The notes under the pieces were generated by a model, which had not been told where the DNA came from, ran no database searches, and saw only the letters and a list, made by a program, of their open reading frames with translations. From IMG/VR virus record IMGVR_UViG_3300014350_000183: a DNA stretch of 64,000 nucleotides. One strand, 5' to 3'. The translations under genes were made by a program, and so were the position numbers. Position 1 is the stretch's first letter. The number at the start of each line of letters is the position of its first letter. Source of the DNA: an uncultured virus (IMG/VR IMGVR_UViG_3300014350_000183). Lineage: Duplodnaviria; Heunggongvirae; Uroviricota; Caudoviricetes. Positions 19,239 to 29,114 of this stretch are shown piece by piece.

Positions 19239-19631
19239 ATGCGCTGGCATCAACCTGTTAGACAAGTTCCCCCATCAATTAACCCCACCGATTCCAATGG
19301 CGACTATCGCCCTGAGTATGTGGAGTGGCTTAAATCGCTTCCCATCGAAACATGGGATGATATTCGTAATTGCCTCGAAGCTGGGGTGTGTGATTATGCT
19401 GAATGGGACGGCGATAAGGATGGATTTACCATTAAGCTGTTTGCAGATAAAAAAGAAAGCGGGGATGGATTTGGCTATATTTTCTCTATCTCTACGAATG
19501 TTTATCTTGAAGATGATACATGGTGGGATATAGAAACAACCGACATGCACACCGATTATTGGCATCACGCGCAAGCCTGCGCCTTTATGTGGCAAGGCGA
19601 CCCAGAAGAATGGGTAATGGGGAGATATTAA
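19239..19631 (+). CDS. Hypothetical protein
   Basis: GAAAGGA SD. Confidence 0.7.
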   Translation: MRWHQPVRQVPPSINPTDSNGDYRPEYVEWLKSLPIETWDDIRNCLEAGVCDYAEWDGDKDGFTIKLFADKKESGDGFGYIFSISTNVYLEDDTWWDIETTDMHTDYWHHAQACAFMWQGDPEEWVMGRY

Positions 19632-19633
19632 TC

Positions 19634-20032
19634 ATGTGGCGCTATATCCGCAAGCGTATCAAACGCTATAAATCCCACAGGCGTTATATACAACACGAGC
19701 GTAAACTCGCCAGACGGTGGCGCTTGCCCAAGAAATTGCGCCTTATTCAAAGTTGGGATGAGTTGCAAGACATTTTGAACGATGCCCGTCCAATTCAATT
19801 TGTAGGCGGTGACGAAATGTTTATCGTGCCACTATATCCAGCGCCCCATTATCTGGCTATTTATGGCGAAGATCATAAGTTTTGCTGGACGCTTGATGAG
19901 GCGATTCAATTCATGGATACCCCTCTGGCAAATAAACCGTACTGGTGGGCTATCCCACACGATAAGGAAACAATGGAACTTGTTCAAGAAATTTTATTTT
20001 GGTTTGACGAATACGATAAGGATGTGATGTGA
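19634..20032 (+). CDS. Hypothetical protein
   Basis: GGAG SD before the ATG at 19634. Confidence 0.65.
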   Translation: MWRYIRKRIKRYKSHRRYIQHERKLARRWRLPKKLRLIQSWDELQDILNDARPIQFVGGDEMFIVPLYPAPHYLAIYGEDHKFCWTLDEAIQFMDTPLANKPYWWAIPHDKETMELVQEILFWFDEYDKDVM

Positions 20033-20226
20033 AGCCAACATTTGAAATGAAGATGTGGACACACCTAGATTGCACATGCTCAGTAATTTGCATAAATGGC
20101 GTGTGGACGTGGCGCACAGAGAAAATCTCAGGCGATAAGATTAATAGTGGGGTTGCAACCTCTGAAAAAGAGGCAATCGAAAAAGCGGAACAAGCATCGG
20201 CTAAATTGAGCGGGCATAGAAGCTAA
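20029..20226 (+). CDS. Small hypothetical protein
   Basis: GTGA overlap; AAGGA SD. Confidence 0.6.
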   Translation: MKPTFEMKMWTHLDCTCSVICINGVWTWRTEKISGDKINSGVATSEKEAIEKAEQASAKLSGHRS

Positions 20227-20238
20227 ATAAAAAAGGAT

Positions 20239-20712
20239 GTGTTGTGTATGCCATTATCTAAAATGGAATTTCTCTTCTTTCTCCGTAAGGGGTATGCGCT
20301 TTTTGACCGTAAAAGCAAAACTGCGTGCATGATGGAACTCCGCGAAGAACCATATCATTATGAAAAAAGCAAAGTTTACTATACTAATGGGCTTTACCAT
20401 TATGAAGATAAAGAACACCACTGCTTTGATTCTGATACACCAGACCTTGATATAGCTGGGTTTTGGGCTACCAACCGCAATGGGGATAAAGAGTTTTTTG
20501 CTGTTGGGGATAGCGTTATGAATGCGAATGATAAGCCGTACACGGTGGATAAAATAGGCATCCAATATCCTAATAACCCATTTTTATTGTGTAACTATGA
20601 TGGGATGGCTGTCTACTTTGCCCCATCTGATGTTGTTGTTATGAGTCATAACCGTGATGTTTGTCATGCGGATTTATTGTTTAGATGGTTCGGCAATTGG
20701 ACAGAAAGGTGA
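20239..20712 (+). CDS. Hypothetical protein
   Basis: AAAGGA SD; operonic. Confidence 0.65.
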   Translation: MLCMPLSKMEFLFFLRKGYALFDRKSKTACMMELREEPYHYEKSKVYYTNGLYHYEDKEHHCFDSDTPDLDIAGFWATNRNGDKEFFAVGDSVMNANDKPYTVDKIGIQYPNNPFLLCNYDGMAVYFAPSDVVVMSHNRDVCHADLLFRWFGNWTER

Positions 20713-20717
20713 ATAAC

Positions 20718-20999
20718 ATGGAATGTCCAAACTGTGGAAGTAGCGATTGCGTCACCAGAGATGGATTGCAAAGCATGTGCATGAATTGCGATACCGTGTG
20801 GGATGTTGTTGATGGAACTGTCACCTTTTGGGGGACTCCGCCAGAAGATAATGATAGTGCTTTGGTCTGCCCACATTGCGGTGATGAAACAAATGGAGAG
20901 GACTACTGCGATAGCTGTGCTAATATATGTCTTATTTGCGGGGATGATGCAAATATCAGTGGTTTATGTAATGATTGCTCATCCTATTTTGGAGGTTAA
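20718..20999 (+). CDS. Cys-rich zinc-finger protein
   Basis: MECPNCG...CMNC...CPHC...CDSC...CLIC...CNDC; AAGGTG SD. Confidence 0.65.
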   Translation: MECPNCGSSDCVTRDGLQSMCMNCDTVWDVVDGTVTFWGTPPEDNDSALVCPHCGDETNGEDYCDSCANICLICGDDANISGLCNDCSSYFGG

Positions 21000-21000
21000 A

Positions 21001-21687
21001 ATGCTTCACGAAATTAGATACCCCTCAATCCCGCGATTACCGTGGTCACAAGATTATCGTACAGCCCAACAATTAGGGACCGCGTTCCGTGATGATACAG
21101 CTACTAATTTCCTTGCAAACGCTAACAACGTTGAATATGCCCAATTAGTTAAATGGGATGGGGGGAATATTTATATAGATAATCAACATATTCATCCTAG
21201 AAGCCCATCAGATAACGCATCTCACGCGGTATATTCAATGGCAAAATCAATATGGGCGCGAATTGCTCCTGATATTCCTGTAAATATGGGTATATTTTGC
21301 GAAGATTTGCATGTTACTCGTAGTATACAATATCATAATTTGCCCGCATTCTTAATTGCGTTCACATTTGTTGAATTGCGCGGGCATACCCCAATGGTTT
21401 TATCTATTGATAAACAACAGGAATGGTGTGATTTATTGGGGCTAACCCATACGCCTATTTTATGGAGAGGCATTATCAACGAGCAAGCTGAAAGCCAAAT
21501 AATGACTTATACCCCAAATTGGAATAATGATGAGTTAGAAGGGTATGTGCTTCGCCCTGCAAACGATTTTCCCTTGCACGAAATCCCAAAATGGTGTGCT
21601 AAATTTGTGCGGGCAGGGCATGTTCAAAGTGAAACTCACTGGCGTGTGCCACCATATAAATACAATCAATTATTCATCTCAAAATGA
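21001..21687 (+). CDS. ATP-dependent RNA ligase family protein
   Basis: YPSIPRLPWS; motif I KWDG; HPRS; motif IV EGYVLR; motif V AKFVRAGHVQ; GGAGG SD. Confidence 0.8.
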   Translation: MLHEIRYPSIPRLPWSQDYRTAQQLGTAFRDDTATNFLANANNVEYAQLVKWDGGNIYIDNQHIHPRSPSDNASHAVYSMAKSIWARIAPDIPVNMGIFCEDLHVTRSIQYHNLPAFLIAFTFVELRGHTPMVLSIDKQQEWCDLLGLTHTPILWRGIINEQAESQIMTYTPNWNNDELEGYVLRPANDFPLHEIPKWCAKFVRAGHVQSETHWRVPPYKYNQLFISK

Positions 21688-21770
21688 CCTTCAGAGGGGA
21701 TTACTCGTCCGCAAAACAGTTTATCCCCCGAAGCAGTCATTTTATACCTTCTTTAGAAAGGATGTCTAAA

Positions 21771-22307
21771 ATGTACAAGATTCAGATGAAATCTGCAAGG
21801 GGCTGGCTAGATGTTTCCCAATACGCCGACCAATCAGAGGCAAATCGTAAGGCAAAATTGCTCTCAGTCGAAAACCCGAATCATTATCGGGTGGTAGAGA
21901 TTATTGAAGGGGATGAAGGCACAACCGAGCAACCCCTCATCGCCTACAATTGGGGGCAACCCTACATGGATATGGATGGGGCAGAGGTGAAAGTTCCTTC
22001 CTATTATGATTCGCTCACCGATGAGCCAGACGACGACACCCCTCTGGTGTTCTATGGTATTCAATCCCGCCTGAACCCGGTATTGAACGACCTGCGCTAC
22101 ACACTATGGACACGCTTCAACACCCGCCAATATGTGGAATTGGAAGAAGCCTTTGCGGATGCAGAGGCACTGAGCAGACAACACCCAGAGCGCGATTTTC
22201 GGGTAATCTATACCGATTTAGTGATATTGCCTTGTATTGTATTTCGTGGTGGTGCAAAATACGCCCAATTGGGGGATGCCCCAATAGATGAATTAGAAAA
22301 ACGGTAA
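21771..22307 (+). CDS. Hypothetical protein with a duplicated domain
   Basis: Y.IQ...QY.....A...A..LS...P...YRV pattern occurs twice. Confidence 0.65.
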   Translation: MYKIQMKSARGWLDVSQYADQSEANRKAKLLSVENPNHYRVVEIIEGDEGTTEQPLIAYNWGQPYMDMDGAEVKVPSYYDSLTDEPDDDTPLVFYGIQSRLNPVLNDLRYTLWTRFNTRQYVELEEAFADAEALSRQHPERDFRVIYTDLVILPCIVFRGGAKYAQLGDAPIDELEKR

Positions 22308-22327
22308 CACCATCATAAAGGACAACT

Positions 22328-22747
22328 ATGTCAACACCAATCCTAATTGAAACCAGCGAAGAGCTGAAAGAACACATGGCGGTTATTGCAGAATACCTGT
22401 CTAAAGTTTCCCGTGTCTCGTTATATGGGGAGGCGATTAGCAGTTCATACATTGCTGTGATGTCAAATTTCACCTTTGCCAGAGACATAAAGGCAGGTCT
22501 CGTCACACCAGACATGCTAAAAACGCTAGAGGAATATTACCGCGAATACCGTGTGCGCGATGATACAGTGAACACCAATGTTTATTTCAAACCAGTTGAT
22601 ATTGACGATTTGAATAGTGTGGTGGAATTCCTCTCTAAAACCGATGTGCGCCATCTATATCACGGCAAAAAAGTCAATAAAAAGATGGTGGTGATGTTTG
22701 GATTACACTACACCTATCTACTCGCACTCAAAGACCAACAGGGATAA
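22328..22747 (+). CDS. Putative DNA-binding regulator (tandem RHH-like halves)
   Basis: Two similar halves ending EYLSK and EFLSK; last gene of the operon; AAAGGA SD. Confidence 0.45.
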   Translation: MSTPILIETSEELKEHMAVIAEYLSKVSRVSLYGEAISSSYIAVMSNFTFARDIKAGLVTPDMLKTLEEYYREYRVRDDTVNTNVYFKPVDIDDLNSVVEFLSKTDVRHLYHGKKVNKKMVVMFGLHYTYLLALKDQQG

Positions 22748-22752
22748 AAAAT

Positions 22753-22781
22753 TCGCAATATCACTGAGTTAATGATATAAT
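22753..22781 (+). promoter_or_regulatory. Sigma70 promoter with the same operator as 14034-14062
   Basis: TCGCAA, 17 nt, TATAAT; GCAATATCACTgagttAaTGATATAAT. Confidence 0.75.
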
Positions 22782-22827
22782 ATACCTACCTTAAAACCCT
22801 AAATTTCCATCAAAAAGGTAGGTATAT

Positions 22828-24114
22828 ATGTCACAAATGGCAGTTCCCCAAACATCCCCACCCCCCACCACATCCCCGCCACCCGAATACCTGCGGATTC
22901 ACCTCACCGCTCCGCACATCCCGCCAGATAGCTTCCCAGCCGTCACCACCCCGATTTACTGTGGTGAATTGTCGGGCGCAATCACAGGCGGGGTGCATTG
23001 CTTTGGCTATTTGCAACTCGGCTCACAACTGGTTTATCTCAACATGGGCGGTCCCAGAATGGCAGTCGAAGCCATCCGCGCACGCCTCTCGCGGGGAGAG
23101 ACGATTTTCCTGAATCCAGATGATGCACCATCGGTTGAACTTATCAATAGTAAATCTGGATTTGATGATTACAGCGAGTATATGTCGTCACATCATTTTC
23201 AGCACACGATTTTGTTACATCGCAATATGTTCCCGAATTACACCGAGCCAGCCGACCTTACTTTCGCATTCATCCTCGCCAAGTCGCCAGAGCAGGTGTA
23301 TTCAGCGTTTCATCAACATCTGAATCAACTCATCAACCTGCCTGTATTCCCTCACTGGCTACCGACCCTGTGGGCGACAGGTATGAGCGCCCAAATCATT
23401 GAGAAATGCAGTGGGGTAGGGGCAGTGGGATATGGCGTGTTCCTCAAGGCTTCGGATTGGGAACACATCATCTCACTCGGCGTATCCACAGGTGCATTGC
23501 CCTTATCTGAAACGGGTGAGCATCCGCAGACCGTGACCATCCTGAACATCGAAGCACAGGTCGCGCAACCATCCACAGATGAACCCACATCCGCCAGCGC
23601 CGACAGCACACCGAGCGACCCTGTGTATGACCTGCTCAAAACCAAATTGCCATCGGCGGATAAAAGCCTGCTATCTACCCTCATAACAGAGGTGTATTCC
23701 GTTATACGCAAACATGCAGTAGAGGGGTGGGAACGAAAGACATCCTATCAATTAGAGATGCACCTTGCAGTGAATGAGTGCCTACAAAATCGGCTGGATG
23801 GGTATACACGGGATGAACTCGCCCACATCGCTCATGCAATCGTGACACTGGCAAAAACACTGAATTTGACGGAATTGGTAGATTATCCCGCAACGATAGA
23901 CACGGACGGGAAACGCGCCTTGTATCGGTTGCTCAAAGATGAAACAACTGTGCTACAATTACATGAGCATATCATGGATGTTCGCACACATGGTTGGCGG
24001 GATAACACATTCAAAGAACGGCGCATCAAATATCTGATTCCCCAATATGTGGGCAAATTTGGAATTTCACCTGAAACTGTGTTTTGGGTCATCAAGACCC
24101 ATGAGGAGTATTAA
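22828..24114 (+). CDS. ICE-type partner of the MTase-helicase, fused to two HsdR C-terminal-like helical modules
   Basis: C-terminus YPATIDTDGKRALY...HGWRDNTFKERRIK...IKTHEEY resembles type I R-subunit C-termini; the preceding module (VIRKHAVEGWERK) is DUF3387-like. Confidence 0.6.
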   Translation: MSQMAVPQTSPPPTTSPPPEYLRIHLTAPHIPPDSFPAVTTPIYCGELSGAITGGVHCFGYLQLGSQLVYLNMGGPRMAVEAIRARLSRGETIFLNPDDAPSVELINSKSGFDDYSEYMSSHHFQHTILLHRNMFPNYTEPADLTFAFILAKSPEQVYSAFHQHLNQLINLPVFPHWLPTLWATGMSAQIIEKCSGVGAVGYGVFLKASDWEHIISLGVSTGALPLSETGEHPQTVTILNIEAQVAQPSTDEPTSASADSTPSDPVYDLLKTKLPSADKSLLSTLITEVYSVIRKHAVEGWERKTSYQLEMHLAVNECLQNRLDGYTRDELAHIAHAIVTLAKTLNLTELVDYPATIDTDGKRALYRLLKDETTVLQLHEHIMDVRTHGWRDNTFKERRIKYLIPQYVGKFGISPETVFWVIKTHEEY

Positions 24115-24116
24115 TC

Positions 24117-27100
24117 ATGAGTCGCGCAACCAATCGTGAAGTGATGGGTTTTTTCGCCATTGGAGAAAAGCACCATGAGGCAATTCTCTCGCTCATCGAA
24201 CCGTCCCCATACACCGAAGGGCGGATTTTAGACCCGTTTGCAGGTGAGGGGGATTTCCTGCTCAAAGCCTCAAAAACGTGGCAATTAGCGCCGTATGCCA
24301 ACGAATTAGACAAAGCTCGCGCCGAAGCCTGTGTGCAAAAATTCGGGTCAGAAAACGCGGTACAAGGCGATGTGATGCGCCTGTCTGCTTCCGTAGAATC
24401 ATTCAGTGTCGGCTGGTATAACCCCCCTTATGACAATGATAAACTGGCAGATACCGATGAAACCCCCGAAGCCAAACGGGTAGAATATCGCTACCTCCGC
24501 CATGCGTGGAAATGGATTCAACAAGGCGGGATTGTGATGTGGGTGGTGTATCGTCATCACATCACCGAGAGCGCAACAACCTTCCTCAGCCGTCACAGTT
24601 CCCGTGTGGATATATGGGGACTGGAAGGCAAACACTTGGGCGAATATGACCAGATTATCGTGGTGGCAATCAAAGGCAAGCACAGCAACCCGCAAGCCTT
24701 GTATGCCCACATCATGGCGACCAAAGACGACCCGCATCCGTTGACGGTGTTGGATAAGCCTGTGTATCAAGTGCCACCCCCGCCGACCATCGCCCGATTC
24801 ACATTCACCCCAGATGAGGTCACACCAGAACTCGGATTGAAACTCATCCAAGAACGTGGGGCGCACCTGTCCGCCCGATTCAATGCGCTATTTGCTATCC
24901 CCCCAACAGATGAACGGATAGAGACCATCGTCCCGCCTCGTCCGGGTCACATGGCGTATGTGTTGGCAGGTGCGGCGACCAGTGGCATTGTCATGGAAAC
25001 TGAGACATACGGCAAGGTAGCGATGCGTTCTGTGGTGAAGCATGTTGAGGAACGGAGCGACGCGGTTATCACCCATTCGGGCAGTGAGCAAGTGACCATC
25101 ACCAGCAAGCCGAAGGCATCTATCACCCTGCTGACCGAGACGGGGGGCATCGTCAATTTGGCAGGGGATGATGATTTACTCAGTTTCATCGTCAAGAATA
25201 AAGACCGCCTCATCGAATTTGTGAAGTCGCGTTTCACACCCCTCTATGAGTTCGATTACGCGGGATTTGGGCGGATTTTGGACGGAATCGCATTGGTGAA
25301 GGGCGAGAAGCGGTATCCACTATTTACCCCGCAAAAACACGTTATTGGCGCGATTTTGAAGGGCTTTGAAGAACGTCGCGGGATATTCTTGGTCGGTCAG
25401 ATGTCGACCGGGAAAACTTTGATGGGTGGCACCGTGGCATCGGTCATCGGCAGTGGGGCGCATCCGACCTTCCGCAAACACATCGCGCGGGGCGGGGTGG
25501 TGGTGATTGTCTGCCCGCCACATTTGGTCAGTAAATGGAAGCGCGAAATCTTGTCCATCAATCCCAATTGCATCATCCGTCAGGTGAATCGGCATGAGGA
25601 TATGAAGGCGTTCATGAACATCCCTCATAAACTTGGTCATCCCAAAATCGCTATCATCAAGCGCGACATGACCAAACTCGGTAGTGGGTGGCGTGAATCG
25701 GTGGTCTGGCGCAAACATCCCTATGCCCTCTGGAAAAAGGACGGGACACCCCCCATCGGCACGAGTGAAGATACGGAACGGGTATACACCGTCGAAAAAC
25801 CACACTGTCCGCATTGCCACGCGGTGTTGCACAGTGAAGAAGATACCCGCACCAAAGAGGAATTTATCAAATACTTGGGTGCATCGAAGCGCGAGTGTCC
25901 CAATTGTCATTCACCCCTCTGGCGTGAAATCCGCGAACCGAACACCGTCCAGAATGGGAAGATTATTCAAAACCCGCGTTATCGCCTCGACCAATACATC
26001 AAGATGCGGTATCGCAGGGATATTGCCTTGCTGATTTGGGATGAGGTGCATGAAGCACAACACTCTGACACGGGCAATGGAGAGGCATTCGGACGGCTCG
26101 CCAATTGTGCGCGTGCCACCCTCGCCATGACAGGCACACCGTTCAATGGCTATGCTTCTTCTTTATTCAACCTCGAATACATCCTGAATCCGCGTGTGAG
26201 GCGCGACTACTATTGGGGTGGGGGGATGCGATACACACGCAAGCGGAAGGGGAGCAAAGACTTTCCATCTGCCAAATCCAATGGGGCAAAGACGACCAAA
26301 GGGCAACAAGAATCGCGTTGGGTGGCTCAGATGGGTGTGCGCGAGAAGGTAGAGACCACGACCAAAGAATATTCTTCTGCGGGCAAACTGACAGGCACAG
26401 AGACCTACGTCCGTCCGTATGAGGAAACGTCTGGCATCTCCCCGATGCTGGTCTCCACCATGCTTGACCACACGATTTATTTCTCGCTATCCGACCTCAA
26501 GAAGCATTTGCCCATGTATTCGGAGACGACCTACTCGGTTGACATGGATGCTTCGATGGAATCTGAATATGAGGATGTGGTGGAAAAACTGCTGGATTGC
26601 CTGATTGCCCAGAAGAATGAATCCGCCAACGCCAAAGACCATACCATCCTGCCCAAGTACCTGCAATTCACGATGGGGTGGCCCAATGCGCCCTGGCGGG
26701 ATTACCGCATCCGTGACAAATGGGGTGATGAAATTGCACGCGCCTTGCCACAAGATTACCAACCGAGTGATATGAGTGATGCGGATTGGTTTCTGTATGG
26801 GGGTGATGAACTCTCGCCCAAAGAGGAAGCGTTCATTGAGTACATTAAAGAAGAACTTGAGGCGGGCAGACCGTGTATCGTGTACTGTCGCCAGACACAG
26901 AAGAATGACATCCAAATCCGCCTGCAACACCTGATAAAGACGCATGTCAATGCCAACACCTACATCCTGCGGAGCAATATCAATGCAGAACGGCGTGAGG
27001 CGGTGATTGACAAGCAAATCGGGCAGGGGATGGAAATCCTCATCTGCAATCCTGAAATCGTCAAGACGGGGTTGGATTTGGTGTTTGCGCCAACCATTAT

Positions 27101-27638
27101 TTTCTATGAACCAACCTTCAACCTGTCCACGATGATGCAGGCGGCGGCTCGGAGCTACCGACTCAACCAGACCTTCCCGTTATGCCGAGTGGTATACATG
27201 TACTACAGAGGCACGATGGAAGAACGCGCCATTTTGCTCATGAGCAAGAAGCAACGCTCATCCAAACTGCTCACGGGCGATACAGGCTTATCAGGATTGG
27301 ACGCACTCACCGAGAAAGAGGACAAATTTGAGTCGGTGTTGATGAACAGCATCGGCAAGGATGCCCGACTCGAAGCACCCGATTTCACCCAAGAGAATTC
27401 GCGGTATGCCGAGTTTGATAATGCCGACCTCGCCTACTGGAATGTGGAGACAGTCACACCCGCCACTGAAACACCGATACGGGTGGAGCAAGTATTGAGC
27501 ATAGCACAAAAGGCAGTGGAGCAGGTGATAGCGATGCGGGGCATCTCCGCACCGAAACCTGCTCACTACAACCCCTCCCGCGAGACTGTATTGGGTAGCG
27601 ATGGTGACAAGACCATCTACCAATTGAGACTGTTCTAA
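24117..27638 (+). CDS. N6-adenine DNA methyltransferase (DUF6094-like) fused to an SF2/SNF2 helicase; DarB-like architecture
   Basis: MTase: DPFAGEG, NPPY. Helicase: GQMSTGKT, WDEVH, MTGTP, TGLDL, QAAARSYR. Internal CxxC pairs; C-terminal QLRLF. Confidence 0.88.
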   Translation: MSRATNREVMGFFAIGEKHHEAILSLIEPSPYTEGRILDPFAGEGDFLLKASKTWQLAPYANELDKARAEACVQKFGSENAVQGDVMRLSASVESFSVGWYNPPYDNDKLADTDETPEAKRVEYRYLRHAWKWIQQGGIVMWVVYRHHITESATTFLSRHSSRVDIWGLEGKHLGEYDQIIVVAIKGKHSNPQALYAHIMATKDDPHPLTVLDKPVYQVPPPPTIARFTFTPDEVTPELGLKLIQERGAHLSARFNALFAIPPTDERIETIVPPRPGHMAYVLAGAATSGIVMETETYGKVAMRSVVKHVEERSDAVITHSGSEQVTITSKPKASITLLTETGGIVNLAGDDDLLSFIVKNKDRLIEFVKSRFTPLYEFDYAGFGRILDGIALVKGEKRYPLFTPQKHVIGAILKGFEERRGIFLVGQMSTGKTLMGGTVASVIGSGAHPTFRKHIARGGVVVIVCPPHLVSKWKREILSINPNCIIRQVNRHEDMKAFMNIPHKLGHPKIAIIKRDMTKLGSGWRESVVWRKHPYALWKKDGTPPIGTSEDTERVYTVEKPHCPHCHAVLHSEEDTRTKEEFIKYLGASKRECPNCHSPLWREIREPNTVQNGKIIQNPRYRLDQYIKMRYRRDIALLIWDEVHEAQHSDTGNGEAFGRLANCARATLAMTGTPFNGYASSLFNLEYILNPRVRRDYYWGGGMRYTRKRKGSKDFPSAKSNGAKTTKGQQESRWVAQMGVREKVETTTKEYSSAGKLTGTETYVRPYEETSGISPMLVSTMLDHTIYFSLSDLKKHLPMYSETTYSVDMDASMESEYEDVVEKLLDCLIAQKNESANAKDHTILPKYLQFTMGWPNAPWRDYRIRDKWGDEIARALPQDYQPSDMSDADWFLYGGDELSPKEEAFIEYIKEELEAGRPCIVYCRQTQKNDIQIRLQHLIKTHVNANTYILRSNINAERREAVIDKQIGQGMEILICNPEIVKTGLDLVFAPTIIFYEPTFNLSTMMQAAARSYRLNQTFPLCRVVYMYYRGTMEERAILLMSKKQRSSKLLTGDTGLSGLDALTEKEDKFESVLMNSIGKDARLEAPDFTQENSRYAEFDNADLAYWNVETVTPATETPIRVEQVLSIAQKAVEQVIAMRGISAPKPAHYNPSRETVLGSDGDKTIYQLRLF

Positions 27639-27738
27639 TTCCCCTCGCAATACCCCTCTATTGATTCCCCTCGAAATTTGAGACCAGAGCGCCCAACACG
27701 GCGTTCATGCTAGGCGCGATAAAATCCGCTTTATTCAA

Positions 27739-28839
27739 TTATAGATAGCGATTCACAACCGCCTTTAGTTGTTCAGCATACCCGTATATATCGTCTACCG
27801 ATTCGATGTTTATTTTCTGTTCAATTTTGTTTTCATCCAAAATAGCAATGCGCTTTTGGGCTTGGTTGAAATACAGACGGCAAATTATCTTACGGTTATT
27901 ATCATCCAACAGAATACTACAATATGTTTGAGCATCACGCATGGTAACACGCTTGGCAGGCAAAACCTCACGAATGATAGACTTAACCACGAAATACGCA
28001 TCAATCTCATCTTGTGTGGTGATGATTTTATTTGTGTCTGCAACCGTAGCTTCTTCTACAGGTGGGGTAGGGGGAATGTCCGCTTTTGGTTGTTCGCTCG
28101 TGGCGGTGGTATCGGCTGATGCAAGTGCAGATTTAAGGCGGTTATCCACTTGGTCATTGATTACCCCTCTGAGAACTTCCTTCAGCAGAGGGCGGAAATC
28201 TATCAACACGGTTTGCGTCATGCGCCCCTCGTATACTTTAGATTCGGTAAGGCATAAACGAATAAAGTCATCAGATGGGTCTTTTAGTAGCTTATCAATA
28301 AAATCTCTGAGCGCACTACGATACTTGAGATTACTGGCTACCGATAGATTTCCTGTCTCATCGAAGGCGGATTTGGTGAACTTTTTTAGCACCTCAATAC
28401 TCGCCTCATTGAAATTCGTCAAGTCAAAAATAAAAAATGGCGCGGAATCCATTTTGTTATGCTCGATAAGGTCACTATAGAAACGATAGGTAATGCCATT
28501 GGTGAGGATGCCGAATCGTACAGGGGTAACTGAGAAATAGCGGAATAACTGTGAAGCGTGGTGTGAATTGAGGTCAGCGTCAAAGCCTTTGCACTCTACG
28601 ATGATAATTGGTTTCTTATCCCGCAGAATGGCATAGTCCACTTTCTCGCCTTTTTTCGTTCCCACATCGGCGCTTAATTCAGGTGTTACTTCTGCTGGGT
28701 TAAATGGGTCATACCCCAATGCGGATAAAAACGGCATGACTAGCGCGTTTTTAGTCCCTTCCTCTGTCTTGACCAACCCACCTTCTTTCAACGCAGGAAT
28801 ACGGTTTGCCAAGTCTTTTAATCTGTCTATTAAGTCCAT
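27739..28839 (-). CDS. HSDR_N-type PD-(D/E)xK endonuclease domain protein (prophage-associated family)
   Basis: TEEGTKNALVMPFLSALGYD...KKGEKVDYAI...IVECK...QLFRYF...GILTNG. Confidence 0.88.
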   Translation of the reverse strand: MDLIDRLKDLANRIPALKEGGLVKTEEGTKNALVMPFLSALGYDPFNPAEVTPELSADVGTKKGEKVDYAILRDKKPIIIVECKGFDADLNSHHASQLFRYFSVTPVRFGILTNGITYRFYSDLIEHNKMDSAPFFIFDLTNFNEASIEVLKKFTKSAFDETGNLSVASNLKYRSALRDFIDKLLKDPSDDFIRLCLTESKVYEGRMTQTVLIDFRPLLKEVLRGVINDQVDNRLKSALASADTTATSEQPKADIPPTPPVEEATVADTNKIITTQDEIDAYFVVKSIIREVLPAKRVTMRDAQTYCSILLDDNNRKIICRLYFNQAQKRIAILDENKIEQKINIESVDDIYGYAEQLKAVVNRYL

Positions 28840-29041
28840 AATATAGCCCCTAATCTTGAATAAGTTTATATCAAATACAATGCTTATATTATAGGCGAAA
28901 TCGGTTATTTTTGTTACTTAACTGTTTACACATTAATTGAACTGCGTGGCTAATTATCCCCATTTATAATTGAGTTTTAATCTTGTTGATTTTCTTGTAA
29001 ATTTACTTAAATCACAAAAATGTAATGATGACAATTATCAT

Positions 29042-29070
29042 TTGTCAAAATTCGGTTGTATAATTATAAT
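29042..29070 (+). promoter_or_regulatory. Sigma70 promoter of nurA-herA
   Basis: TTGTCA, 17 nt, TATAAT. The -35 is half of the inverted repeat TGACAA-N7-TTGTCA (29029-29047). Confidence 0.55.
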
Positions 29071-29114
29071 GTAAACGGAGTTATAAAGTGGTATTGTAAA
29101 ATACTATATTAGAT

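Noticed and set aside
27739..28839. Complete type I restriction-modification system
   Set aside because: Only an HSDR_N-type nuclease domain is present; there is no HsdM, HsdS or HsdR motor gene.
29026..29040. Fur-box-like sequence TGATGAC-A-ATTATCA upstream of nurA
   Set aside because: Two mismatches in very AT-rich DNA and a single occurrence; chance is likely.
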